Source: an uncultured Candidatus Bathyarchaeia archaeon (GTDB lineage: Archaea > Thermoproteota > Bathyarchaeia > 40CM-2-53-6 > JALHTG01). Taken from it: a DNA stretch of 50,075 nt. Under the pieces are notes generated by a model. That model was given only the letters and a program-made list of their open reading frames with translations, was not told where the DNA came from and searched no databases. Positions 8,359 through 16,990 of the stretch are shown here, piece after piece (positions within the stretch are counted from its first letter, which is position 1; each line of letters opens with the position of its first letter). A program made the position numbers and the translations under genes. Location of the stretch: positions 1-50,075 of the forward strand of contig CAZZFQ010000004.1 in NCBI GenBank assembly GCA_964653695.1. Reading direction: 5' to 3'.

Positions 8359-10173
8359 TGGTCGTATGGGCAGAAAGGTCGTGAAGGTTGTGGCCGTCGA
8401 TGTCAAAGTCACTGTCGGCGAGTACGAGGTTGTTGTGGTCGCGCTGGCTGATGTTGTGGTTGTTGAGGTTTCCTTTGTGGTGGTAGAAGTGAGTGTCACG
8501 GTTGGAGAGTACAAGGTTGTGTTCGCCTTGGTCGTCCTCGTTGTCGGCACCGTTACCGTGGGTGAGAAGATGGTTGACACCTGTGTGGCGGTTGTTGTTG
8601 ATGATGTGGTCTCTGAGAACCAAGATATGGATATCGCAGTTGCGGTCGTGAGTGTCGTGACGCTTTCCCAAGAGGTCGAAACGTATGTAGCGGTTATCGA
8701 CGTAGTTGTCGATGTGGTCTCTACAGAAACCAAAGATAACGTGTAGGTTGTGGTGGTCGTCGTAAATGACGTGCTTGAGGTGTAAGTGTATGTTGTGCCC
8801 CAATAGGTTGGTGAAGTTAGGACAGTGCTTACTGTGTCGACGATGGTCGAGCTTGCGGTTGTAGCGCTGGCTGTGACCGGTGTCTTTGTTGTTGGTGTTG
8901 TCGCAACAACAGCAGTCGATGTCGATACCATCGTGGGCGATGTAGTGACGGTAAGGACGGTTGAAGATGTGGTCACAGCATAGGAAATAGAGTATACAGT
9001 GGTTGTGACTGTTGGACCTTCAGGCTGCCTCAACCTTCCTATTCTTCTTCCTCCGTACTCCGTGAACCACACATTGATTGTCCCCGCCGCCTCACTCACC
9101 ACCGCTAAACCTTGGGGCTTAGCGGTTGGAGTGATGACGGAGTATTCCGTGAACGTGTTTGCAACTGGGATGTATTTTCCGATTTTATTGGCATAGTCTG
9201 AGAATTCGGTGAACCATACGTTGCTCTGTGAGTCGAGTTCGACTTCGTGAACTTCACTGTTAGGTGTAGGAACCCTGAAGATAGTTAGCGCCCATCTCGA
9301 GGTCTCATATGCGACTGGATTTAACCTGCCAATAATATTCTCGTCAGTGCCGACTCTTTGAGCAGTGAACCATACCATTCCGTCTGCATCGACCGCTAGA
9401 TCCCATGGATTGAAAGGATCGATTGAGTACGCTCTGAACTGTCCTGTTTCAGGGAGGAATCTGACTATGCTTTTCCTTGAGAAGTCAGCATACCATATGT
9501 ATCTCTGGGTCGGAGCCGGTCCAGTTGTGTCGAGTACGATGCCGATTGGATTCGATCCTGATATCGGAATCGGATATTCAACAAATGACGATAACCAGCT
9601 TCCCGCTATGGGAAAGCTGAACCTGCCAATCTTGCCCACTGCATACTCAGTGAACCATGTGCAATTCCGCCATCGATCATGGACTAACTTGCGTGGGCCA
9701 CTTCCAAGCGTTGGAATCGCGTACTCTGCTATGTTATGCGTGTTGTTTCGCGCCACGACTCCTATCTTGTTCGCATAGGCTTCGGTGAATACTGCTGCGG
9801 TCGCCGGCCAGTCCACAGTTGTGATAGCCCACGGCTGGCTGTTGAGCGTCGGCACGGGGATCTGCCTAAGCGTGCCATCGGCATAGTTTAGGCGGCCTAT
9901 ATTGTTACCGGCGCTTTCTGTGAACCAAACAAGCGGTGACGTTCCGTCCACACTTAGATCCCACAAGCCCGGATTACCTGGCACGACATATTCTGTAATA
10001 GTCGCGGCTTGAGCTGGCGTAAAGAAGAGCCCTGCAAGAAATAGTGCGGAAGCCACTCCAGCGATCCTACGCACGCCACATTTGGCTAGAATGTTGCCAG
10101 AATGGCCACGCCGAGCGAATAGGCCAAGGAGTAGACACACTGTAAAGCCAGAAAGGCACACTATCGGTGACAA
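7927..10173 (-). CDS. Membrane-anchored surface protein: Vgb (virginiamycin B lyase)-like 7-bladed beta-propeller head + Thr/Ser stalk + shared C-terminal Cys-box anchor module
   Basis: 748-aa ORF. Seven blade repeats of the WFTE-x(4-6)-N[KR]IG[RK] type are visible (VWFTESAGNNIGRL, VFTEAYANKIGVV, TWFTEYAVGKIGRF, IWYADFSRKSIVRF, VWFTAQ..NIIGRL, VWFTEFSDYANKIGKY, VWFTEYGGRRIGRL). A stalk of roughly 200 aa follows, then CIIASAAYGSELAPEVQSLRMFRDRK...FNAFYYSFSP plus hydrophobic helices and a basic tail. An SD-like AGGAGGAG lies 9 nt upstream of the TTG start. Confidence 0.8.
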   Translation of the reverse strand: MSPIVCLSGFTVCLLLGLFARRGHSGNILAKCGVRRIAGVASALFLAGLFFTPAQAATITEYVVPGNPGLWDLSVDGTSPLVWFTESAGNNIGRLNYADGTLRQIPVPTLNSQPWAITTVDWPATAAVFTEAYANKIGVVARNNTHNIAEYAIPTLGSGPRKLVHDRWRNCTWFTEYAVGKIGRFSFPIAGSWLSSFVEYPIPISGSNPIGIVLDTTGPAPTQRYIWYADFSRKSIVRFLPETGQFRAYSIDPFNPWDLAVDADGMVWFTAQRVGTDENIIGRLNPVAYETSRWALTIFRVPTPNSEVHEVELDSQSNVWFTEFSDYANKIGKYIPVANTFTEYSVITPTAKPQGLAVVSEAAGTINVWFTEYGGRRIGRLRQPEGPTVTTTVYSISYAVTTSSTVLTVTTSPTMVSTSTAVVATTPTTKTPVTASATTASSTIVDTVSTVLTSPTYWGTTYTYTSSTSFTTTTTTYTLSLVSVETTSTTTSITATYVSTSWESVTTLTTATAISISWFSETTSSTTTATQVSTIFSPTVTVPTTRTTKANTTLYSPTVTLTSTTTKETSTTTTSASATTTTSYSPTVTLTSTATTFTTFLPIRPCIIASAAYGSELAPEVQSLRMFRDRKILSTFAGAQFMKIFNAFYYSFSPTVASIIASSPVLAAVVRALVYPLIYILQVSSSVFNALGFAPELGVVALGLFSGALVGIVSFVLPVMGIRCVIRRKGDIKRAVNQALSWRRIGHG

Positions 10174-10178
10174 GCTGA

Positions 10179-10562
10179 CTATCTCCTCCTCGGCTTCTTC
10201 CTTAGGGCTTTCAATAAGAGTACAATCGGCGAAATGTAGATCGTGCCAATCAGCGAGCTCGCCAATGTGCCCGCCAAGAGAACCATCAGTTCTGGATTCA
10301 ACTGAAGCGAGTTAAACATCCATTCCGCCGAACGTAGCGAGGCGACAAGAGGATACATAAAGACTCTGGTGATCGCTTGGAGCGCCGGACTTGCCCCTGT
10401 CAGCTCTGCAACTTTCGGGCTGAATGAGTAGTAGAAGGCGTTGAAGACGCGCATGAACTGAGCGCCGGCGAGTGTTGACAATACTGCTCGATCTCTGAAC
10501 ATTCTGAGGAACTGTACTTCTGGAGCAAGCTGCGAACCATACGCAACAGATGCAATCACACA
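10179..10562 (-). repeat. Coding repeat: shared C-terminal anchor module, copy in gene 10179..12341 (127 aa)
   Basis: A near-identical string GGGCTGAATGAGTAGTAGAAGGCGTTGAA starts at 10417. The protein motif is CVIASVAYGS...FRDR...FNAFYYSFSP. Confidence 0.85.
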
Positions 10563-12341
10563 TGGGCGGGTGACCCCGACCGTTGTTGTTGTCACGGTTG
10601 TCGTTGCGAGAATTGAGGTGCTGACCGAGGTCGTAGGAGTAACAGAGGTACGGACGGAAATCAATGTGACCGTTGGTGAGAACGTCGTCGTCGCTATGAA
10701 TGACGTGTTCCCTAGTATGACAGTGACAGTCGGGTAGTTTAAGGTCGATGTTGCGGTGACCGTAGTCGTTGTTGATGAAGTTGAAACAATGACAATCGTA
10801 TTTGTTCTTGAGGTTGTCGAAGTGGTTGGTTGAACCATCCAAGATGTGAAAGTGGCGGTTGTGGAAGTAGTGGTAGGAAGCGTTGAGACGCTTACGATTG
10901 TCTGTGTCGCGGTGGTGGTTGTAGTCGTCGTGGTATATGAGGTTGACCAGGACGTCATCGTATAACTGTAGATGCTCGTGGTTGTCAACTGGAGCATACT
11001 GCTTGTGAAGGTGTACGTCGATGTTACGAGTGTCGCAGAAGCGGCCGCCGAGCCTATCGTGTTGATCGCGGCGACGATAGAAGCTGCCGAAGAATTGGTG
11101 TAGGCTCTGCTTGTCGTCATGGTCCGACTCGTCATCACAGCTGAGGATATTGTTCCAACTGTTGTGGTTGTGACGAGCGGGGGCGCGGACCAGCCGTATA
11201 TCGATCCAACTTTCTGAGCAAACGGCTCAGTAAACCACACTGTTCCATAGGGTCCCGAGACCGCCACGCCATGAGGCCTTCCGCCTACAGAGATAATGGG
11301 GTATTCAAAGAAGACATTTAGCCCAGGATCGTATCTTGACACTCTGTCACTACTATATTCTGTAAACCAGACATTCAGTACTGTGAATGGCGGGATGGTC
11401 GTTGCTTCAATGGCCAGTTCGCGGGGTTCTGAGTTAGGAGTTGGAACCGCAAAGGTCACGTATTCGCCTGAGACAGGGTTCAGTCTACCTATGCAGTTTC
11501 TCTTACTCTCGGTGACCCACACGAATCCATTCGGGTCTACTCCGATTCCCCACAAGCCGCTGTCAGGCGTTGTCGCGTAGTGTCTGAACAAGGCTGTGCC
11601 GTTCTCCAACAGCTTGATCGAGCTAATTCGATTAGTCCCGTATTCTGTGAACCAGATCGAATAGTCCATTGGACTCATGGCGATACAGAGGGGCTGAGTA
11701 TTCACTCCGGGCGTCGGGTAAGGTACTGAGTAGAACGAGAACCTCACATTAGTCGCGCCGTGAGTTTCGTTGCCGTATAGGTGGCCGATACGGTTTCTAC
11801 CCCACTCAGTGAACCAGACATCATACCTTGGGGTCTTCCCGTTCGACATCTTCGTTATGTTCATCGTTATGCCTCGAGGCCTCGCTTGGAATTGGTCGGG
11901 GAGACCCCATTCGTAGAACTTCTGTTCTGACGGTGCGTACCGAGCTATCTTACCGTGTGTTTCCTCGGTTACCCAGATGTCTTCGTGATCTTTACTGGCA
12001 GTTATTCCCCAAGGGATGGCGCCAACTGTCGGTATGTCCATTTGATAGAAGGGGACAGATACCTTGGCTATCCTGTTGGCGCCCTGCTCGGTGATCCACA
12101 CGGCGCCGTCCTTGTCTATGGCTATTCCCCAAGGAACGGGCGTGCCTGTCAGTCCATACTCGTAGACGATCACTGCCCTAGCTGGGGTCAGCAATAGTCC
12201 AGCTAGGCTTACCAGACAGATCAACGCGAGAAGTGCTCGCACTCGGATGTGCGTGCTCCTATCGCGCTTGTGAGAAAGGAAGAGAGCGATCGCGCCTGCG
12301 TTGAGGAGTACAAGCCAAGTCGCTGCCCACAAGCAAACCAC
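10179..12341 (-). CDS. Membrane-anchored surface protein: Vgb-like beta-propeller head + Thr/Ser stalk + shared C-terminal Cys-box anchor module
   Basis: 720-aa ORF with blade motifs (VWITEQGANRIAKV, IWVTEETHGKIARY, VWFTEWGRNRIGHL, IWFTEYGTNRISSI, VWVTESKRNCIGRL, VWFTEYSSDRVSRY, VWFTEPFAQKVGSI). A Thr/Ser stalk follows, then CVIASVAYGSQLAPEVQFLRMFRDRA...FNAFYYSFSP, hydrophobic helices and an RKKPRRR tail. Confidence 0.8.
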   Translation of the reverse strand: MVCLWAATWLVLLNAGAIALFLSHKRDRSTHIRVRALLALICLVSLAGLLLTPARAVIVYEYGLTGTPVPWGIAIDKDGAVWITEQGANRIAKVSVPFYQMDIPTVGAIPWGITASKDHEDIWVTEETHGKIARYAPSEQKFYEWGLPDQFQARPRGITMNITKMSNGKTPRYDVWFTEWGRNRIGHLYGNETHGATNVRFSFYSVPYPTPGVNTQPLCIAMSPMDYSIWFTEYGTNRISSIKLLENGTALFRHYATTPDSGLWGIGVDPNGFVWVTESKRNCIGRLNPVSGEYVTFAVPTPNSEPRELAIEATTIPPFTVLNVWFTEYSSDRVSRYDPGLNVFFEYPIISVGGRPHGVAVSGPYGTVWFTEPFAQKVGSIYGWSAPPLVTTTTVGTISSAVMTSRTMTTSRAYTNSSAASIVAAINTIGSAAASATLVTSTYTFTSSMLQLTTTSIYSYTMTSWSTSYTTTTTTTTATQTIVSVSTLPTTTSTTATFTSWMVQPTTSTTSRTNTIVIVSTSSTTTTVTATSTLNYPTVTVILGNTSFIATTTFSPTVTLISVRTSVTPTTSVSTSILATTTVTTTTVGVTRPCVIASVAYGSQLAPEVQFLRMFRDRAVLSTLAGAQFMRVFNAFYYSFSPKVAELTGASPALQAITRVFMYPLVASLRSAEWMFNSLQLNPELMVLLAGTLASSLIGTIYISPIVLLLKALRKKPRRR

Positions 12342-12353
12342 ACGCGCGATCCT

Positions 12354-12749
12354 TCAGTTCTCCTCGCGTCTTCTCCCAAGTCTCCTTGAACATAGGCTTG
12401 CTATGGTTGCGAGCGGAGTGACGTAGACTACCCCGATCAGCGCCGATGCCGCAACTCCAGAGGCTGCTATGGCGAACTCCGATGTGGAGCTGAACACACC
12501 GAATACCGTTGACGCTGACCGAAGCACTACTACCAACGGATAAAGAAGTACCTTCACAGCCTCTCGCAGGATCTGATACTGAGTGACCGATGAGGCTACC
12601 GCCGGGCTGAACGAGTAGTAGAATGCGTTGAAGATCCTCATGAAGGAACTGCCCGCGAATGTTGCTTCAACGGATTGGTCTCTGAACCCTCTGAGGAACT
12701 GCACTTCGGGCTCCAGTTCTGATCCGTAAGCCGCCGAGGCGATTAAGCA
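12354..12749 (-). repeat. Coding repeat: shared C-terminal anchor module, copy in gene 12354..14405 (131 aa)
   Basis: The string GGGCTGAACGAGTAGTAGAATGCGTTGAA starts at 12604. The protein motif is CLIASAAYGS...FRDQ...FNAFYYSFSP. Confidence 0.85.
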
Positions 12750-14405
12750 TCGGCGCACAGTGGGCGTGACAGTGACAGTCGTCAGATAGGTCGTGATAGA
12801 CGTTGATGTGGATGTTCCCGTTGTATAGGTCGTTGTCGTGCTGAAGCTGGAAGAGGTTGAAGTCCAAGATGTAACAACCATGCTTGTGATGGTTGGTGAA
12901 AATGTCGTCGTAGGATAGGTTACAGTCGTAGTCGAGGAGGAGGTCTCAGTAGTTGTCGATGTGGTCGTTGTGGATGTGGTTGTCGTCGTTGTAGATGTCT
13001 CTGTCGTTGTTGAGGCCTGCGAAGTTGTAGTTGTGGTCGTCGTAGTGGTTATGGTTGTACTCGTTGATGTCTGCGTACTCGTTGTTGTCGAGCTAGTGTA
13101 TAAAATCGATTTGGTTTCAGTGATTGTAGAACTCGTTATCGACCAAGCTGTTGCAGTGGAGGTGGTGTAGGCGGTTGCGATAGACGGGGACGTTGGAGAT
13201 ATAGTAGTTCTCGCCGAAACCGTTGCAGCTGCCGTTGATGTCGGAGACGCATGGCTTATCCAGTCCACAGTCGTAGTCTTCGTGTCTACTCCTCCGGCCA
13301 TCCACGCTGGCTGGAACACCCTTCCAAGCCTGTTTGTCTGCGCCTCAGTGAACACTATCGTGTCAGAGGAATGTATGCAGATTCCGTATGGTTGGCTTCC
13401 CGGAGTCGGAGTTGGATATTCATGGAAGTTGGCAGTTCCAGGAACGAACTTTCCTATCTTCGATGTGGCGAACTCCGTAAACCAGACATTACGATCTTGG
13501 TCAACTACTATCTGGCTGGGGCTCGATCCACCTGTCGGTATCACCCAGCCAACCGTCTCGTTCCTCCACCAGTTCAGACGGCAAATCATGTTGGTTCCGA
13601 TCGACGTGAACCATACGAATCCGTCTTGGTCGAACGTTACTCCGTTCGGTGAGGACGGGACTACGTAGCCTGTGAACTCTCCCTTCCAAGGATTGAAGCG
13701 TACTACGTGGTACGATCCGATAGCGGTGAACCAGACTATCCCGTCGCTATCTACCGTTAGGTGATGCGGTCCGCTGATCCCCGGCGGGATTGGATACTCG
13801 GTCATCTGCCATCCAACTCCCCCTAAGTACGTTAGCTTTCCAATTCGATTAACCATGAACTCCGTGAACCATACAGTTAGCCTAGGCCTGTCAATTGCAA
13901 TATCGCGAGGTTCTGCTGCGGCCGTGGTCGTTCGCCACTCCACGAACTCTCCGCTGATTGGATTTAGCCTGCCGATCTTGCTTCCGACTGACTCAGCAAA
14001 CCAGACAAATGTGCCTGTGTCTGTGTATATCTCTGGCCCCAACGCGATGCCCCAAGGATTGGATCCTTGGGTTGGAATCGCCCACTCTGTGAATTTCCCT
14101 GCACCCCATTCGACAAGTCCGATCCGGTTGCTCATCTGCGCCGTGTAGAACGCACGGTTCGCCGAAACGTCGCAGGCAACCTCCCACGGACGTGCCGGGC
14201 CAGTCGAATGCCAGTACTCAGCGATCACAGCAGCGCTAACAGGAGTGATCAGCAGCCCGATAAGGAATGCTGATGAGGCTAATAGGCTCAGTCCTCTAAA
14301 CCACATCTTGGATCTCGGACACTTCAACCAACCCGTCGCAAATAGAACTAGGAACATGCACACGTTGAAGCCTATGAAGCCGACCATGCTCTCCAAATCA
14401 AACAC
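12354..14405 (-). CDS. Membrane-anchored surface protein: Vgb-like beta-propeller head + Thr/Ser stalk + shared C-terminal Cys-box anchor module
   Basis: 683-aa ORF with blade motifs (FYTAQMSNRIGLV, VWFAESVGSKIGRL, VWFTEFMVNRIGKL, VWFTAIGSYHVVRF, VWFTSIGTNMICRL, VWFTEFATSKIGKF, IVFTEAQTNRLGRV). It has an extreme Thr stalk (TTTTTTTTTSQASTTTETSTTTTTTSTTTTSTTTE), then CLIASAAYGSELEPEVQFLRGFRDQS...FNAFYYSFSP. Its start overlaps the upstream gene's stop. Confidence 0.8.
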   Translation of the reverse strand: MFDLESMVGFIGFNVCMFLVLFATGWLKCPRSKMWFRGLSLLASSAFLIGLLITPVSAAVIAEYWHSTGPARPWEVACDVSANRAFYTAQMSNRIGLVEWGAGKFTEWAIPTQGSNPWGIALGPEIYTDTGTFVWFAESVGSKIGRLNPISGEFVEWRTTTAAAEPRDIAIDRPRLTVWFTEFMVNRIGKLTYLGGVGWQMTEYPIPPGISGPHHLTVDSDGIVWFTAIGSYHVVRFNPWKGEFTGYVVPSSPNGVTFDQDGFVWFTSIGTNMICRLNWWRNETVGWVIPTGGSSPSQIVVDQDRNVWFTEFATSKIGKFVPGTANFHEYPTPTPGSQPYGICIHSSDTIVFTEAQTNRLGRVFQPAWMAGGVDTKTTTVDWISHASPTSTAAATVSARTTISPTSPSIATAYTTSTATAWSITSSTITETKSILYTSSTTTSTQTSTSTTITTTTTTTTTSQASTTTETSTTTTTTSTTTTSTTTETSSSTTTVTYPTTTFSPTITSMVVTSWTSTSSSFSTTTTYTTGTSTSTSITTYLTTVTVTPTVRRCLIASAAYGSELEPEVQFLRGFRDQSVEATFAGSSFMRIFNAFYYSFSPAVASSVTQYQILREAVKVLLYPLVVVLRSASTVFGVFSSTSEFAIAASGVAASALIGVVYVTPLATIASLCSRRLGRRREEN

Positions 14406-14790
14406 CTCCTGAAGCTATCACCCTTCTGCGAAAAGCCTTCAGCAGAATCACAATTGGTGAAACATATGCTACACTGACCAGGGCACTCGCAAGGATCCCC
14501 GCAACCATGACCATCAACTCTGGCGCCTGCGGACAGAGCTGATAGACTGATGCCGTTACGCGAAGTGAGGCGACTAGCGGATAAATGAGAACTCGGACGA
14601 TAGCTTGGAGAGTCGGATTCCCAGCTACTATCTCCGCTACATTCGGACTGAAGGAGTAGTAGAACGCGTTGAAAGCCTTCATGAACTGGGCGCCAGCGAA
14701 TGTTGACATTACCGCTCTATTTCTGAACTCTCTAAGGAGCTGGACTTCTGGAGCAAACTGCGAGCCATACGCCGCAGACGCAATGACGCA
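14398..14790 (-). repeat. Coding repeat: shared C-terminal anchor module, copy in gene 14398..16611 (130 aa)
   Basis: The string GGACTGAAGGAGTAGTAGAACGCGTTGAA starts at 14645. The protein motif is CVIASAAYGS...FRNR...FNAFYYSFSP. Confidence 0.85.
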
Positions 14791-16611
14791 GGCCCTTGAA
14801 GGAGGAGTAGCAGTTACAGTCACAGACGTGATAAGTGTCGTCGTCTGAAGGATCACTGACGTTACAGATAAGGTTGGAGTTGTTGTGGTGGTCGTCGTTG
14901 TTAGGTAAGTTGAAGTTGTACTCATGGTTGTCGGGGTAGTTATCGTAGGCGAGTAACTTGTGGATGTGTAGGTGGTACCTGTCGTTGTTGTTGTACTCGT
15001 CGTAGTCAGGGATGTAGTCGTTGAAGTTGAGGTTGGCGTCGTGGTAGTAAGCGTTGTTGACGTTGTGGTTGTCACTGATGTACTGGTCGATGTTGTGGTT
15101 GTTATGGAGGTCGATGTTGTTGTCTTCGTCCATGTACTCGTCGTCGATGTTTCAAGAATTGTGAGTATATCAGGTAGAGTCACTGTTGCGTCGGCTACTG
15201 ATGTTGTGGCTCTAGTGGCTGTCACCACCGCGGCGGCAGGGATTACCGTTAAGCTTGCCGTCGCTCCCGTTGACAGCGTTGTTGCTGAGGACGTCGTTGT
15301 ACTTGCAGAGGATACCCATCCAACTGAGGTTGCTGTCCAAGGACCAAGAAGGAGCGCTATCTTCCCGATCTTGTTTGCAACTTCCTCCGCAAAGAAAACG
15401 TTTATCTTGCCGACGTGGTCGGGATGCACACCAGGCCCCACGGTACCAGACCAAAGTCTCGGTGTGACAGCTATTCCATGAGGCTTAGAGCTGTCCGTCG
15501 GGATCACGAACTCCTGAAACACGTTGAATCCAGGAATGTATCTTCCGATTCTGTTGGAGGCGCTCTCCGTGAACCATATGCAACGATCTGTGTCGTTTGC
15601 CAAGTAAAGAGGCTCGTTCCCTGGAGAATGAACTGGAAGAGGTACCTCAGTTATGATTCCTGTCCAAGGGTTGAGTTTTGCCAACCTGTCTCCAAGTTTC
15701 TGCGTGAACCAAACAAATGCCTCTTGATCAACAATTATTGCCCAAGGAGTGCCACGAGTTGAATATTCATCGATGAGCCCCGTCTGGCTATTCACCCTTC
15801 CAATCTTATTTGCTGCCTGCATGGTAAACCACACATAGGTGTGCTTCCCTACCTGTGGACCCGTTCCAGTCACAGCCCAGTAGTTTGGATCAACCGCGAT
15901 GTCTGTAGGATAGCTCTCGGGGGTTGGTAGGCTGTACTCAACGAATTTCCAAATGCCAGATGGGATGTGAAGGAATAGCTTTCCGATCTTGTTCGCTTGG
16001 TACTCAACGAACCACACGCTTCCGTTGTATGGGTCGATTGCCAAGTTCATCGGGCCACTGTTTGGGGTCGGAATCGTCCATTCGGACATCCGTCCTGTGG
16101 TGAGATCTAGTACGCCGATACGGTTTCTAACAAACTCGGTGAACCAGACCATCTTCTCTTTATGATTAACATCTCCTGCCTGCAAAGTGTAGTTGCCAAG
16201 CTGGACATCGCGAGGTTCAGCTGTCCGCCAGTCATCTCCTGGGAGCCGAAACTCAGCCAGAGTTGTGTTGTAGATACCGTTGAGAAGGCACTGACCTGTG
16301 CCCATAAAGCCGATCATGCCAGCATGCTTCTCAGCAAATACTACAAAGCTACTGTTAATGGCGACATCAATCCCGAAGGGCACCCTCACCGAGGGATCTG
16401 TGGAAGGCAAAGATCTTTCGACAATAACAGTGGCGACTGCTCTTTGAGGAATAAGCATCGCAAGTAAGAATACCGACAAGAAGATTAGAAGGAGCCGTCT
16501 GACGGTATGTTTTCCGGCGATTTGGCTCAAGAATCGACCGGATAGCATCAAGGCGGCGAGGAAGCATATGTTGAAGCCTAGAAAATACCAAATCGGCTCC
16601 AAACGTATCAC
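14398..16611 (-). CDS. Membrane-anchored surface protein: Vgb-like beta-propeller head (longer loops) + Thr/Ser stalk + shared C-terminal Cys-box anchor module
   Basis: 737-aa ORF and first gene of the array. Blade motifs include VWFTEFVRNRIGVL, VWFVEYQANKIGKL, VWFTMQAANKIGRV, VWFTQKLGDRLAKL, IWFTESASNRIGRY and VFFAEEVANKIGKI. A Thr/Ser stalk follows, then CVIASAAYGSQFAPEVQLLREFRNRA...FNAFYYSFSP. It has a GTG start with a TATA-like box about 30 nt upstream. Confidence 0.8.
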   Translation of the reverse strand: MIRLEPIWYFLGFNICFLAALMLSGRFLSQIAGKHTVRRLLLIFLSVFLLAMLIPQRAVATVIVERSLPSTDPSVRVPFGIDVAINSSFVVFAEKHAGMIGFMGTGQCLLNGIYNTTLAEFRLPGDDWRTAEPRDVQLGNYTLQAGDVNHKEKMVWFTEFVRNRIGVLDLTTGRMSEWTIPTPNSGPMNLAIDPYNGSVWFVEYQANKIGKLFLHIPSGIWKFVEYSLPTPESYPTDIAVDPNYWAVTGTGPQVGKHTYVWFTMQAANKIGRVNSQTGLIDEYSTRGTPWAIIVDQEAFVWFTQKLGDRLAKLNPWTGIITEVPLPVHSPGNEPLYLANDTDRCIWFTESASNRIGRYIPGFNVFQEFVIPTDSSKPHGIAVTPRLWSGTVGPGVHPDHVGKINVFFAEEVANKIGKIALLLGPWTATSVGWVSSASTTTSSATTLSTGATASLTVIPAAAVVTATRATTSVADATVTLPDILTILETSTTSTWTKTTTSTSITTTTSTSTSVTTTTSTTLTTTTPTSTSTTTSLTTTSTTTTTGTTYTSTSYSPTITTPTTMSTTSTYLTTTTTTTTPTLSVTSVILQTTTLITSVTVTATPPSRACVIASAAYGSQFAPEVQLLREFRNRAVMSTFAGAQFMKAFNAFYYSFSPNVAEIVAGNPTLQAIVRVLIYPLVASLRVTASVYQLCPQAPELMVMVAGILASALVSVAYVSPIVILLKAFRRRVIASGGV

Positions 16612-16639
16612 AGAAGTAAGGTTATACCTTTGGATAGGC

Positions 16640-16647
16640 TATATAAT
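16640..16647 (-). promoter_or_regulatory. Candidate archaeal TATA box for the five-gene surface-protein operon
   Basis: The minus strand reads ATTATATA, centred about 32 nt upstream of the GTG start at 16611. This spacing fits a very short leader. It lies within a 405-nt AT-richer intergenic region. Confidence 0.35.
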
Positions 16648-16990
16648 GTTAACGACAAGTCCTATGTAATTTTCATGGCGCGTTTATAGAAGATTAATCG
16701 CCAACTTGCAATCATCTCCGTTGCCGGACGAGAATCATCAGAAGACTGATGGAATGGAAGAGGTGGCCCGCCCGGTCAAGCTTTGGAACACCTTCCTATG
16801 AATTGATCATGAAGGTTTCGGGACATTATGCGAGCTTCTTCAGAGCGAAGACCATGACATCAACAGGCCGTAGTCAAGCACCGCATCTTGACAACTTCGC
16901 TTCTTTGACGGCTCACGTGACGTAAGTTCCACTAGAAACAGAGGTAGGGCCTACCGAAGCTTCTTGAAAAGAGAGCTTCTTCCGAATAGA

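Noticed and set aside
6164-15133. Minus-strand His/Asp/Asn-rich ORFs in alternative frames (6164..6874, 8006..8803, 10312..10842, 12667..12867, 14732..15133).
   Set aside because: They are frame-shifted readings of the same Thr/Ser-rich stalk codons (ACNACN read as CNA/NAC). They are nested entirely within longer ORFs that have recognisable domains at both ends.
6110-15481. Plus-strand Val-rich ORFs (6110..6364, 8366..8746, 12961..13170, 14972..15481) opposite the surface-protein genes.
   Set aside because: They are the antisense reading of Thr codons (ACN read as NGT gives Val/Gly runs) across the stalk regions. They show extreme VVVVV composition and no start context. The minus-strand genes explain the sequence fully.
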